The notes under the pieces were generated by a model, which worked only from the letters and a program-made list of their open reading frames with translations, was not told the origin of the DNA and ran no database searches. A stretch of DNA of 47,060 nucleotides from Octopus bimaculoides (taxonomy: Eukaryota): the NCBI RefSeq assembly GCF_001194135.2, contig NC_069000.1, positions 26,735,375-26,782,434 on the forward strand, in the 5' to 3' direction. Of the stretch, positions 22,234 through 33,544 are shown one piece after another; position 1 is the first letter of the stretch, and each line of letters begins with the position of its first letter. The position numbers and the translations under genes are program-made.

Positions 22234-25200
22234 CTAAACAGGACTAAATCGGCACCGAGCAGGAATGCAGATTGGTTGATGCATCTTTGTATGCATCTTC
22301 AATGAAGACGACTGTGAAAATTTCTTATTGCAGAGTCCACATTGGAAAGGTTTTTCACCTGAATGAGTGCGCAGGTGAGCAGTGAGGTTCGATGATTGGG
22401 AAAACTTACGAGGACACCATTTGCAAACGAATGGCTTTTCTCCTGAATGAACACGCAAATGTCGACGCAGATCAGACATCTTTAGGAATGATTTGGCACA
22501 GATAGAACAAGGATACCGATGCACACCACTGTGGTAGCGCATATGAGAAGCCAACTGTTTCTGCAGTGGAAAAGTACGAGAGCACAAAGAACACTGAAAC
22601 TCACTTTTGTTCTGTTTATCACTGACTGATAAGAAAGACCTTGAATGTGACATTGTATCTTCAGTGGAAAAACGACTTTGATTGGTTTCTTGAGTTTTGA
22701 AAGAACTTTTTTGTTGGTTATGGTCTAACTCTTTGGTATTGAGGTGTAGGATTGGCTTTAAAACAGACCCTACTTTGCACTGAATGTTCCAAATGGATTT
22801 GGAAGAATCTTGAAAAACTTTTTCTGTTCTTCTAATGGAACTATGAGAAATGGAGGAAGACAATGAAGAGTAAGCAGAAGAGGAATGAATATTAGAAATA
22901 GAAGAGTCTCTTTCGGAAGACTTCTTAAACTGAACCTTCAAACTTGATGCATGTGTCCCGTTAAGAAATTTTTGTCCTTTAGAAAATGTGTAAGAAACTG
23001 CTGCTGTACCATGGCGGTTGTGTGTCTTCAAGTGTCCCATCAAATTAGACTTCTGCGAAAAGGTACGCTGACATAGGCCACATCCATATGGCTTTTCTCC
23101 AGTGTGCACTCGAGTGTGTCGATTTCGATCAGAGGATGTGAAAAATGCCTTATCACAGTAATCGCAGTGGTAGGGTCGTTCACCTGTATGTGTGCGGAGA
23201 TGGTAACGCAAGTGGGAAGACTGTGAAAATGTACGGAAACAGATTTCACACTGGTTTGGGGACTTCTCTTCAGAGAATTTTTTGTTCCCAGCCACTACAG
23301 GTTGAGAAGGTGCTGACTGTTCTTTCTCATTTGCCTTGGTAACTGGCACAAGCTTTTCAACTAAAACTACATCAGATTTTTCCTTTACCAAGTCACATAC
23401 TTTTTCCTCTGTTGCAACATTTTCTGGATCTTTATCTGACAAACTTAGAGATTTGAGAAGGTCGCTAGTTTCCTTGCTAGTTTCTGTTGTTTGTAGATCA
23501 GATGGCTGCTCTTCCATCAAATCAACCTTTCCAGTGGTTACATTCATGGTTCCCAAACTCCTGTTCAGTCCTTTGTTGTTATAGAAGCTTTCATTAGATT
23601 TGAATACTGATCTAGGTGGAATTCTGCCAGATAAATCTTTCTGGGAAGCAGATGTTGATATTGTAGAATCAAAGGCTTTAACATTTGTGGCCCAATTCAG
23701 GTTATCTTCTTGATGAGGTTGTTGGTTACACTGGTGTTTAGAAAGCTGAATGCTATCTGGGAAAGATTTTTCACACACAGCACAGCTTAGTGTAGCTGAC
23801 AAATATGTGACCATATCAGATAGTGAATCATCAGAAATAGTAACTGTTCCAGATTTCACAGGTAGCCATGATGAATCTGACTTATTGGATGTATGTGGAG
23901 TAGACATTGTCTTTTCTTTCTTCTTGTACTCTGGCTTTTTCACCAAACTTGGATGAGAAGCTTTGAGATGATTAGTGAGACTGTAATAATTAGTAAACTT
24001 CTGTTGACAAGCAGGACAACAGAAATTGATTTCAGAATGATTGGTGATTGTAGAGTGAGTTTGTTGATGTCTGGCCAACATAGAAGAAGTTGAAAATTTT
24101 TTGGGACATAAACGACATCGATAAGGTCTATCACCAGTGTGAGAGCGAGTGTGGATGAGTAAATTTGAACGCTGAGTAAATCTTTTTCGGCAATGGTTGC
24201 ATTTGAAAGGTTTCTCACCTGTATGAACTCGTGTGTGACGTTTCAGATCAGATGATGTGAAGAAAGCTTTCCCACAATGTCTGCAGCCATAAGGTCTTTC
24301 TCCAGTGTGTGTTCGAATGTGATAAGTTAAGTGACATGCCTGAACAAAAGTACGACCACATATTTCACACTGGTGCTGTTTACGATTATTTTCTAAACTT
24401 GGTGAACTTATTGGAAATTTTGGCCTTATTTTGCCTTCTTGATTTAATGAAGTTTTAGATTGTTTCATAACAGCCTTGGGATCATTCCCTGATTCATCCA
24501 CAACAGCTTGTGTAATTGTAGTGTCTTTCTGTATGGATGCATTTTGAAAATTTACCTGCCTTTTCAAACTTTTTACCTGATTTTTAGATTTAGCCTTGGA
24601 TTTTGTAGCATAATAAGCTACACTTTGTGTATTTTCATTGCATCTTTTGTAAGCTGGGGATTCTTCAGTAAATGCAGAGTCACCAGTTAACCAACTGTGT
24701 CCTGCAATAGAGATCTCTAGAGGTTTAACACTTGGCCTATAGTTGTGAGTGGTCTTAGAAATTAATCTATCGGACTTAGACCTGTTGAATAATTCAACTT
24801 CTTTGGAATCAGCAGCATCTTTTCTTTCCTGTGAGACAGAGTCTGCATCAAAATTTGATGCAGATGTTATGTAGGTCGATGGATTGTCTTGAAACTTTTT
24901 GTCCCCTTTATTAAGTTGCCAATGACCAGATCTAACCTGGAGAAGTGTTATTGGTTGAATTGTATTTTCTTTTTTGTGTCTGTCACTCTTCTTATGCACT
25001 ACAACATGCTGACCAAGACTAGAGAGGTGTTGAAAGCGTTCTAAACACATACTACATTGAAATAATTTATTGCCAGGATTCTCCACCTTATTTTGTCTTT
25101 GGTATAACTTTTTAGACAAGGAAATGGGATAATATGTTCTACTTTGGGTTTCAACATTACTGACACCAGGCTCAGCAGAATGTTTCACACTGAATGTATG

Positions 25201-28200
25201 TTGTCTCCCAGCATAGAGTTTCTTATGGTGCCTAACCTGAACAAGGCTGGTTGTTACCCAACAGCATACATTGCACACATACTTGCAGATTGAAGTGTGT
25301 TTCTTCAAATGCAGTAATAAAAAGACATTGAGATAGAATCGACGGGAACAGTAGCCACATCTGAATGGCTTACGTTGTCTATGTCTTGAAGAATGTTGTC
25401 TGAGTGCAGATCTGGTGAAAAAGGATTTTGAGCAGACTTTACAGGAATAATGTTTCTGCTCATTATGAGTCATGATGTGATTGATCAAAAGGCTGGAGTG
25501 GTCAAAGGACTTCATACAAAATGGACATTGGAAACCACTAGACTGCAAATGAGGTGCTAATGTTGTCGTCATACTGACTAATTTCTTTGAACCAGCTGGA
25601 TCCTCAGATTCTACAGAAGCTGGTAAAGATGTAAGGTACATGTTACCATCATTGCTGACATATGTGCTAAGATCTAAAGTAATATTTTCTGAAGGCTCTG
25701 CCTTATTTGAAGGGGATTCATTGCAACTGCTGTTTTTTGTTTCACTGTAGGAGTTAGTTATCACTTCTCCTTTATCTGCATTATCTTTTCCATCAACTAT
25801 CTCTTTGGGTTCTTCCTCAACATGGGACTGTGGCTGAGGAGAACTTAAGTAACCTGCCATAGTTTCAAGGGGTTTTGCAGTTTTCTTCTCATGTACTTGG
25901 ACAGCTGACTCAGAGGAATTTTCAAGTTCACAATGGGTTGCCATATGATATTTGAGAAAGTTTGCTCGTGAAAAGCACATTTGGCATATATTGCATTTGT
26001 AAGGTTTTTCACCTGTATGTAATCTTCGATGACGATATAACATGGCTGTTGAGAAGAATTCACGGGGACAGAAATCACATTTGTGTGGCTTTACACCCGA
26101 ATGTGTTTTTACATGAGAAATAAGATTAGAACTTTGATTGAATCTTTTCTCACAATAGTCGCAAGCAAAGGGTTTCTCACCAGTGTGTATACGTGTGTGA
26201 CGCTTGAGATCTGATGATGTAAGGAACTCTTTACCACATGTATTGCAAATATGACAACGTTTCTGTTTGGTAATTCCACTTCTGACATTTAGATGGTTAT
26301 GAGCATGTGCGGTGTGCTTGGAAAGTAGATGAATGCTGCTGAAAGTTCGCAAACACAATTTGCATTTGTAGCTTTTGGTCGTATGACATGCAAGATGTTT
26401 ACTGAGAAGTGGAAAGTCTGAAAAGGATTTATTGCAGTGACTGCATCTGTATGGCCGTTGTGATGTAGCATGAGTGCGTAAATGGGACACAAGATTTGAA
26501 TTCTGTGTAAAACGCTTGGCACAAAACTCACATTTGAAAGGTTTTTCCCCAGTATGAATGCGGGTATGGCGATTCAAATCGGACGGCTTAGCAAAGGCCT
26601 TGCCACAATATACACACTTATATGGACGGTCACCAGTGTGTGTCCTGATGTGATATGTCAGGTGATTGGCCTGTTGGAATGTCTTACTACACAACATACA
26701 TGCATACTGGTTCTCTTGGCCACACAGCTTATCATCACCTTGGATAGAAGTTCTCTTCAAATCCCTGCCATCATCTACGTTAGCATTATTTACAGTGGTT
26801 ATATTGTTATCTGTACAGTTGCTCTCTCTAACACATACACCATTTGATGATGATAAAGACAGGGGAACAACATTTCCCATTTCATTTTTATTGGCATCAG
26901 TGAGTAGGTACCCTTTACTAGCTACTTTGTTAGTACCATCATGTGACTCAGATGACAAATGTGGTTCTTCATCAGCACAAATTTTAGATGCAAGTTTATC
27001 CTGAAGTGGAGAAGACAAATCAATGCAGGTAATTTCTGGGTCAATTTTCAGTCTTTTGTCTGACCTTTCAGAATAGTTACAGTTTAATGTGTTAATATCT
27101 ACAAATTCTTCACACAAGTAGGAAGACTCACCACTGTTTGTTATATTATTAGAATCTCTGTCAAAAGCAAAACTTTCTAGATTTGTTAGAGCCTGCATGT
27201 CAGGTATTTGGCATTGAATATCCTCTGATATACAAGGACTGCTACTTGGAATGTTCAGTGCAGACACAGCAAAGGTATTAGGAATAAGACTGCTGCACCC
27301 TGAAGACTGTTCACTACTATCATCACTAACATAGATAGGCAAAGTATTACAGTTGGTGGAACCAATGTCTCTGCTAGTTTCCCATTCCTCCAAAATTCCT
27401 TCACTTGTTACTAAACATGTGGGAATTTCATGAACTCTTGTTGATGAATCCCTGCCAGAGTTCACTTCTATATCCTTGCCTAATAATGACACTGGTTCTG
27501 TACCTGAGTAAGATGTTGAAACAGTTGAGTTACCTGAAGGTGTTAACAGCATCATATCATTCGTGCTTGTTAGATCAGTCACATTTGCAGTTTCCTCTAA
27601 TTTTTGGCAGTTGTCAAAACCTAATTCAACTTTTATGTTGGATCCAGTCTGGCTTGGAGTTCGACTGATGCTATTTTTCACTATTCTACTACTTGGTTTT
27701 GTTTCATTGACACCGGCTTCTTTAGGATTTTCTACTCCTTCTGCAACTTTATCACTATTATATAACAATGATTGGAGGTTGTCAGCTAATGCAATTTCAC
27801 TCTCAGAACTACTACTGCTTGTGTTGTTACTGCATGAGCTTTCTTTGCTGAAGTAGCCTGCAGCATCAGAAGAAGATTGGACTGCTGGCTCCTCGGTAAT
27901 GACTTTGTCGTTAAAATCAAGTAGCACTGTTTTAACAGTAAATTGGTTATCAGGTGCCAAACCCTGAAGGACAGACTTACGATCTACTTCATCTTTTGTG
28001 ACCACTAAAGGTAGTGGATCAACATCCATACTGCTATCACACAAGTCGTGTTCCACCTTGAGATGTTGCACAAGATTACTGACTTCAAGAAACTGTCTTG
28101 AACAAAGGCTGCACATTAATGGGTTTTGACCTTCAACTGGGAAATTTTCAGCTGTGGTAGAATTTTCTTTTGCCACATTTGTTGGTGAAGAACTGATACC

Positions 28201-29178
28201 AGACATTAAGCTAGACAGCAGCTGTTTATCCCAACTACTAACAGTTGATGGGAAGAAGTCAAGAGGAACCACTTTATCTTCTAGTTTCTTTATCTCAACT
28301 TGTTTAGAAACAATATTTAACAGTCCCTGAGCGCCATTATTATTTCTGTTAGTAGTAATATTATTATTGTTGATTGTATCATTAGGTGGGCTCTTGGTAG
28401 TACTGCTTTTTTTGGCAATGTCACCTTTGTTACTGATAATGTCAGTAGGAGTGCTGTTATCATTGTGGTGTACACGAATGTGTTGTGTAAGGGCAGCCCG
28501 TGTTGTGAAACCAATACTACACTGCATGCAGTGGTGTGGATAGACCTTTGTATGAGTGCGCAAATGAACTTTAAGGTTGGAGTTCTGTGTAAACCTCTTT
28601 CCACAGAAACGACATTGAAATGGCTTCTCTCCAGTGTGGATGCGAGTGTGTCTGTTAAGATCAGATGAAGTGGCAAAACGTTTTTCACAAAACATGCATC
28701 CATACGGTCTCTCACCTGTGTGCATTCGAACATGGATTGTCAGCATAACTCCACTTACAAATACTTTGCCACAAATGTTACATTCATGGTGACCTCGTTT
28801 GCTGTTATCACCATGCTGTGACACTTTATGTGAATTGAGAAGGTCAACACTGCTAAAACTTTTATTGCATTTTTGGCAGCAGTATTGTTTAGTAATTGGT
28901 GAGTGGTGGCCAGTACTTTCTTCATCTTCAGTAGCATGGGTGCGCATATGACTTACAAGGTTATTCTTCCGACTAAAACGGCGAGAACACCACTTGCAGA
29001 AAAATGGCCTCTCCCCAGTGTGTACACGTGTGTGTTGGTTAAGATGAGACATCGTAGAGAACACCTTATCACATGATCTGCATTGATAAGCCTTGTAGCC
29101 AGGGAAGATCTGTAGATATTTATTAAAATGGCCAGAATAGTTAAAGATTTGTAAGAAATACTTGCAAGTATAATCCAC
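22234..29178 (-). CDS. Large multi-cluster C2H2 zinc-finger protein (about 35 fingers; N-terminus unresolved)
   Basis: 6945 bp stop-free frame. I count 33 canonical Cx2Cx12Hx3-4H fingers plus 2 degenerate ones, many with TGEKP/TGERP linkers, in clusters separated by Ser/acidic spacers. No KRAB, SCAN, BTB or ZAD domain seen. The track start at 29178 is GTG, and the first in-frame ATG lies inside finger 1. Confidence 0.93.
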   Translation of the reverse strand: MDYTCKYFLQIFNYSGHFNKYLQIFPGYKAYQCRSCDKVFSTMSHLNQHTRVHTGERPFFCKWCSRRFSRKNNLVSHMRTHATEDEESTGHHSPITKQYCCQKCNKSFSSVDLLNSHKVSQHGDNSKRGHHECNICGKVFVSGVMLTIHVRMHTGERPYGCMFCEKRFATSSDLNRHTRIHTGEKPFQCRFCGKRFTQNSNLKVHLRTHTKVYPHHCMQCSIGFTTRAALTQHIRVHHNDNSTPTDIISNKGDIAKKSSTTKSPPNDTINNNNITTNRNNNGAQGLLNIVSKQVEIKKLEDKVVPLDFFPSTVSSWDKQLLSSLMSGISSSPTNVAKENSTTAENFPVEGQNPLMCSLCSRQFLEVSNLVQHLKVEHDLCDSSMDVDPLPLVVTKDEVDRKSVLQGLAPDNQFTVKTVLLDFNDKVITEEPAVQSSSDAAGYFSKESSCSNNTSSSSSESEIALADNLQSLLYNSDKVAEGVENPKEAGVNETKPSSRIVKNSISRTPSQTGSNIKVELGFDNCQKLEETANVTDLTSTNDMMLLTPSGNSTVSTSYSGTEPVSLLGKDIEVNSGRDSSTRVHEIPTCLVTSEGILEEWETSRDIGSTNCNTLPIYVSDDSSEQSSGCSSLIPNTFAVSALNIPSSSPCISEDIQCQIPDMQALTNLESFAFDRDSNNITNSGESSYLCEEFVDINTLNCNYSERSDKRLKIDPEITCIDLSSPLQDKLASKICADEEPHLSSESHDGTNKVASKGYLLTDANKNEMGNVVPLSLSSSNGVCVRESNCTDNNITTVNNANVDDGRDLKRTSIQGDDKLCGQENQYACMLCSKTFQQANHLTYHIRTHTGDRPYKCVYCGKAFAKPSDLNRHTRIHTGEKPFKCEFCAKRFTQNSNLVSHLRTHATSQRPYRCSHCNKSFSDFPLLSKHLACHTTKSYKCKLCLRTFSSIHLLSKHTAHAHNHLNVRSGITKQKRCHICNTCGKEFLTSSDLKRHTRIHTGEKPFACDYCEKRFNQSSNLISHVKTHSGVKPHKCDFCPREFFSTAMLYRHRRLHTGEKPYKCNICQMCFSRANFLKYHMATHCELENSSESAVQVHEKKTAKPLETMAGYLSSPQPQSHVEEEPKEIVDGKDNADKGEVITNSYSETKNSSCNESPSNKAEPSENITLDLSTYVSNDGNMYLTSLPASVESEDPAGSKKLVSMTTTLAPHLQSSGFQCPFCMKSFDHSSLLINHIMTHNEQKHYSCKVCSKSFFTRSALRQHSSRHRQRKPFRCGYCSRRFYLNVFLLLHLKKHTSICKYVCNVCCWVTTSLVQVRHHKKLYAGRQHTFSVKHSAEPGVSNVETQSRTYYPISLSKKLYQRQNKVENPGNKLFQCSMCLERFQHLSSLGQHVVVHKKSDRHKKENTIQPITLLQVRSGHWQLNKGDKKFQDNPSTYITSASNFDADSVSQERKDAADSKEVELFNRSKSDRLISKTTHNYRPSVKPLEISIAGHSWLTGDSAFTEESPAYKRCNENTQSVAYYATKSKAKSKNQVKSLKRQVNFQNASIQKDTTITQAVVDESGNDPKAVMKQSKTSLNQEGKIRPKFPISSPSLENNRKQHQCEICGRTFVQACHLTYHIRTHTGERPYGCRHCGKAFFTSSDLKRHTRVHTGEKPFKCNHCRKRFTQRSNLLIHTRSHTGDRPYRCRLCPKKFSTSSMLARHQQTHSTITNHSEINFCCPACQQKFTNYYSLTNHLKASHPSLVKKPEYKKKEKTMSTPHTSNKSDSSWLPVKSGTVTISDDSLSDMVTYLSATLSCAVCEKSFPDSIQLSKHQCNQQPHQEDNLNWATNVKAFDSTISTSASQKDLSGRIPPRSVFKSNESFYNNKGLNRSLGTMNVTTGKVDLMEEQPSDLQTTETSKETSDLLKSLSLSDKDPENVATEEKVCDLVKEKSDVVLVEKLVPVTKANEKEQSAPSQPVVAGNKKFSEEKSPNQCEICFRTFSQSSHLRYHLRTHTGERPYHCDYCDKAFFTSSDRNRHTRVHTGEKPYGCGLCQRTFSQKSNLMGHLKTHNRHGTAAVSYTFSKGQKFLNGTHASSLKVQFKKSSERDSSISNIHSSSAYSSLSSSISHSSIRRTEKVFQDSSKSIWNIQCKVGSVLKPILHLNTKELDHNQQKSSFKTQETNQSRFSTEDTMSHSRSFLSVSDKQNKSEFQCSLCSRTFPLQKQLASHMRYHSGVHRYPCSICAKSFLKMSDLRRHLRVHSGEKPFVCKWCPRKFSQSSNLTAHLRTHSGEKPFQCGLCNKKFSQSSSLKMHTKMHQPICIPARCRFSPV

Positions 29179-30344
29179 ATGTACCGTCAGTAGGAAATGG
29201 CAAATGTGAGCTATTTTAAGAGGAATTTATATGATGATTAGCAACAGATATTGTTTGTTGTAGTTTGGGTGGAGTCAGTGGCTGTTCCCTTTGGACGGGA
29301 TCCACATATGAGGAGGTCATAACTAAGCAACTGGAAGAGCAATAGTTTTCATGGCTAAGAAGTTAAAGTACATCACTTGGCTCCATATGTTGTAGGAGTG
29401 AGAGTAAAAAGACTTTACAGCAAGATTGTAGCAGTTGCTATGTAGAAGATTGATGATGGGAATGTTTTCTGAATTTAGCTGCAACAGATGTTGATAAGAC
29501 TTGACTGCATGATAGTGAGACAGCATTGCCATGTGTGTCCATGACAACACGTCTGACTGGATGCAGCCAGTCATGATTACTTTCAACAAGTCACAATAAG
29601 AAAGTGTAAACCTGCAGCTGAGAAAAAATAGCAAAGTTTGCATCCCGTAAAAACACTGGGTTCATCCCATTTGAATTCATGTCTTGTTAACAGTACAGAT
29701 TCATTATTGGCTAATCGTCTTAAAAATTACATAACATTGGTGTAGTAGTAGTAGTAGTAATTGTTGTTGTTGAAGAGGCAAAGTTCTCTGAAGCTCTTGT
29801 TAGTTGTTCATGATCCAGACCTGTGATGAAAAAGAATATCATTATAAACACCAAAAATCTCATCTATATCAAGATTAAAAAACAATATTGAAGAATTGTG
29901 GAAAAAAAAAAAAAGGTGGGATAGAAAACAAACTTTTTTTTGTTTATTTTGTTACCTGCACACAGTCTACATACCTTCACATATCTATCATAACCACCCC
30001 CCAGCCATTCCAATTTCTCTCACCATCACTTGTTACATTCACTTCTATCTCTAAACATCTTCCTTCACACTCTTATGTAACATTCCCCTCTATCCCTCCT
30101 GTACTACTTATATTCCCCCCACTATACCTTGTAGATGTGTCCCCACCAATATCTCACTCTCTCTCTCTCTCTCTCTCTCACTCTGTCTACCTCTCTATCA
30201 CTTTTCCCTCTTCATTCTTGCCCCACTGAGGTAGCCAAGTATCTCCTCTATAGTAAGACACCTATCTTTATCTCTCTATTATACTTTAACCTCTCAATCA
30301 ACCCAAAGCTACTTCCCTCAGTACCATTCCCTCTCCCAGCTGAA

Positions 30345-30590
30345 GGGTTCTTGTCTTGCAAGTTACTTGGTGACCTCACTGATGATGGTGCCATGTAAAA
30401 TGCACCAGTGCTGGTGCCACACAAGATGCATCCAGTACACTCAGTAAAGTAGATGCCATTAGGAAGGGCACCCAACCATACAAACCAAACAATGGAGCCT
30501 GGTACAGTTCTCTGGCTTGCCAGTTCCTGCCAAACCATCCAGCCTGTTCTAGCATGGAAAATGGACATTAAATAATGATGATGAAAGTTA
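30345..30590 (+). mobile_element. SINE-like repeat with an RTE-type 3' end
   Basis: ATTAGGAAGGGCA..CCATCC..CTAGCATGGAAAATGGACATTAAATAATGATGATGA matches the RTE 3' terminus seen at 43580-43716. Confidence 0.65.
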
Positions 30591-31443
30591 GTCTCAGAAA
30601 GAGATAAGCACAAATCCATAGTCTTCTTTAAATCACCAGTGTACAAGTCAGGGTAATTGGGAAATGCTAGCATGGTTAACGTTCACTTTGATTTCTTGTA
30701 GAGTGGCTTGCTTGGAAAAAGAAAAAACACAAAGTGGGGAAAACAATTTTAGTGTGGTGCCATTCTAGATGGAAAGAAGGATTGGGTCCACAACTAAAGA
30801 AAGTGTCTAGAAGAAATAAAGTGAGAAGGATAATGTAATGGGGAAAGCAAGGGTGTGTGCAAGTGTGTGCAGATTTTAGTTTGGATAAGATGTACAGTCA
30901 GCTGAAATTGTTGTTGTTTGGTCCCAATTCAATCTGATAGAGCAAAGTTATGATTAAAGACATTTCAGCTATAACTTTTTAGAAGTATGTAGTACTATAT
31001 TACTTACCAACTTCCTCACCTTCAAAATATTAGTAGTGAAGCCCCTTCACCTTTATTAATGAGAATACAAAACAGAGTTTTTTCATCCATATAATTCTTC
31101 TTTCTTCACCATAGTGTTGGACAAATTAAAAAAGTTTAAAACCATCTTAATATTATAAAACATAGCAATTTGTCTGCTCCCTTTTTACTCCCTGTAGCCT
31201 CCTGCTACTTCTGTAAGAAACATCAATTTATTGTTTCCTTGATTGAGAGGGTGGGATGTAATTTGAGTAAGATTTCTAACAGATCAAGTAATCACATAAG
31301 AGTTCCCTTGTTGGTCCATAAAAGGGACTAGTTGTAGAAGCAGAAGTAGCAGTGGAAGAATACAGAAAACAACATTGACAGTGGTTGTAAAGTGTTCATG
31401 AGTGAGGACACACATTAGATCAATTTCATATGAGAAAGGAAAA

Positions 31444-32990
31444 TCTATATGCATAAATATGTAATGGTGTCTGTCTGTGTGTATGTTTGGAGTTACTCCA
31501 ACTCCTCCCACACTGTCCAACCAATTTTAATGATTTTTGGTACACAGGTAGATCACATGCCCTGAAGTTGAAATAAGGCCGGAATTTTTCGAAAATTCGA
31601 TAATGCTCAGTTGGCATCGATTTTTGTGAGCTCAATCAGAATGGAAATTTCCATAATGATGTTATTTTTCCTGCAGCTTTTGCATTTTTTGTCTAATTTT
31701 GATGAAAATTGATGAGTGAGCAAGGCTCATGGCAGTGAGTTGATGTCAGTATATGAAGTTGACGAAAAATCGATAATTGCGCCTGAGTAGTGGTTTTATA
31801 AAATCAATAGGCTTTTTGTGTGCAAATACCCATAAGGATTTTATTTTTGGCCGTAACTTTTATATTTTTTATCTGATTTTAATGAAATTTGAGATGTAGG
31901 TAAATTTTGTGGTGGGGGAGATGATAAAGGTGTTTATTTAATTCAAAAGGACTCAAAAAGGCACAAATGCAAATAAGCATTTCCTTAGAGACATCCTTAC
32001 TGATTTTGTAGAAATTTTACATGTGATTACGCTTCATGTCCATTATTTGATGTCAGCGTGAAGAGTTGACAAAAATTCGATAATTGCGTGTGAGCAGGAG
32101 ATTTTAAGAAATCAATAGGCTTTTTTTAAGCAATTACCCATAGAATTAATATTTTATGTTGTAACTTTTACAGAATTCATCCAATTTTGATGGAATTTGA
32201 CATTTAGGTCAAGTTTATGGTCAGAGTCATCATCATCATCGTTTAACGTCCGCTTTCCATGCTAGCATGGGTTGGACGATTTGACTGAGGTCTGGTGAAC
32301 CAGGTGGCTACACCAGGCTCCAATCTGATTTGGCAGAGTTTCTACAGCTGGATGCCCCTCCTAACGCCAACCACTCCGAGAGTGTAGTGAGTGCTTTTAT
32401 GTGCCACCGGCACAAAGGCCAGTCAGGTGGTACTGGCAATGGCCACACTCGAAATGGTGTATTTTACATTCCACTTGCACAGGAGCCAGTCCAGCGGCAA
32501 TTAAAATTAAAGTGATAAAAGGCAGAAATCATCAAATATTCTCTCAATAAAATAATGAACTGATTTTGAAGAAAATTGACCCACTTCAACATCTGAAACA
32601 TTGATTATTCATATAATGTATTGAGATATTTTCATGTAAATGGTCACATGGATTCTATTCTATGACATAACCTCAACACTTTTCTTTGGATTTTGCTGAG
32701 ATTGGACACACTGAGCAATTTTGTACAGATGGTGGCATTAAGGGGAGAGAAATAAACAAACATCACTCTCAATAGGTTGAGGTACACCCAAAAGTTTGAC
32801 TGCGATTTCAAATGGTCCAGTATGTAGGAATATGTCAAAAGCATTAACCAGGAGAAATCCCTGCCGAACCAGATTTAACATCTTAATGGATAATAGTTGG
32901 CATGAGGAACATAGAAGATTTCAATACAAGGTCAGAGGTAGGCTTAACTTCAACACGGAAAACACGAGCAAAGCTGGGTCCAACAGCTAG
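31444..32990 (+). mobile_element. Non-autonomous Helitron with internal direct repeats and an inserted RTE 3' fragment
   Basis: Starts A|TCTATAT..GTCTGTCTGTGTG and ends ..GAGCAAAGCTGGGTCCAACAG-CTAG|T (CTAG 32987-32990), consistent with AT-site insertion without TSD. Internal repeat 31740-31910 vs 32047-32220. Confidence 0.75.
32228..32499 (-). mobile_element. RTE LINE 3' UTR fragment
   Basis: Highly similar to 19513-19790 and to the reverse complement of 43440-43716; (GAT)n tail. Confidence 0.9.
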
Positions 32991-33544
32991 TAATACATAT
33001 ATACAACTGATACATTTAACCCTACTATGTTAAATGGATTGGCTGTATTATTATCAATCCCACAGAGATAAAATACAAGCCTGACTACACTTGAATTTGA
33101 ACTAATATACTGTAATGTTTGTAGTATGGACAACCCTTGCCTTTTGTTTTACCTAACTGACTCAGTCACATTCTCAGTATATTATTGGTATATATTTTAC
33201 TGATTCAAAGAAACAAGGAAAGCTAAAATGAACACTCGGAAAAATGTACATTCAGAATTACAAATCCTTTGAGAGTAGATTCCATAATATTCTAGTGTTA
33301 CTCTTATAATCTGAGATAATTCTATCACTTGAAAAATTTTAAATAACTCATGAGCATAAAGATGGGTGGGAAGGCTCTCTGTTGTGATCCAAACTCTTAG
33401 AATTGTAGTCAATTCTCTCTCATTTCACATCCATTATGCATGAAATAAAGACAGCATGACAAGAGGTTGAATGCTGTTTCCATTCCTCATATGTCTGCTC
33501 AACCAGACAAAAGTTTATTGGACTAGTTATATAACTAATTACAT

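Noticed and set aside
23040-29180. Many short overlapping and antisense ORFs within the zinc-finger gene
   Set aside because: Expected shadows of a long coding frame; no independent domain signal.
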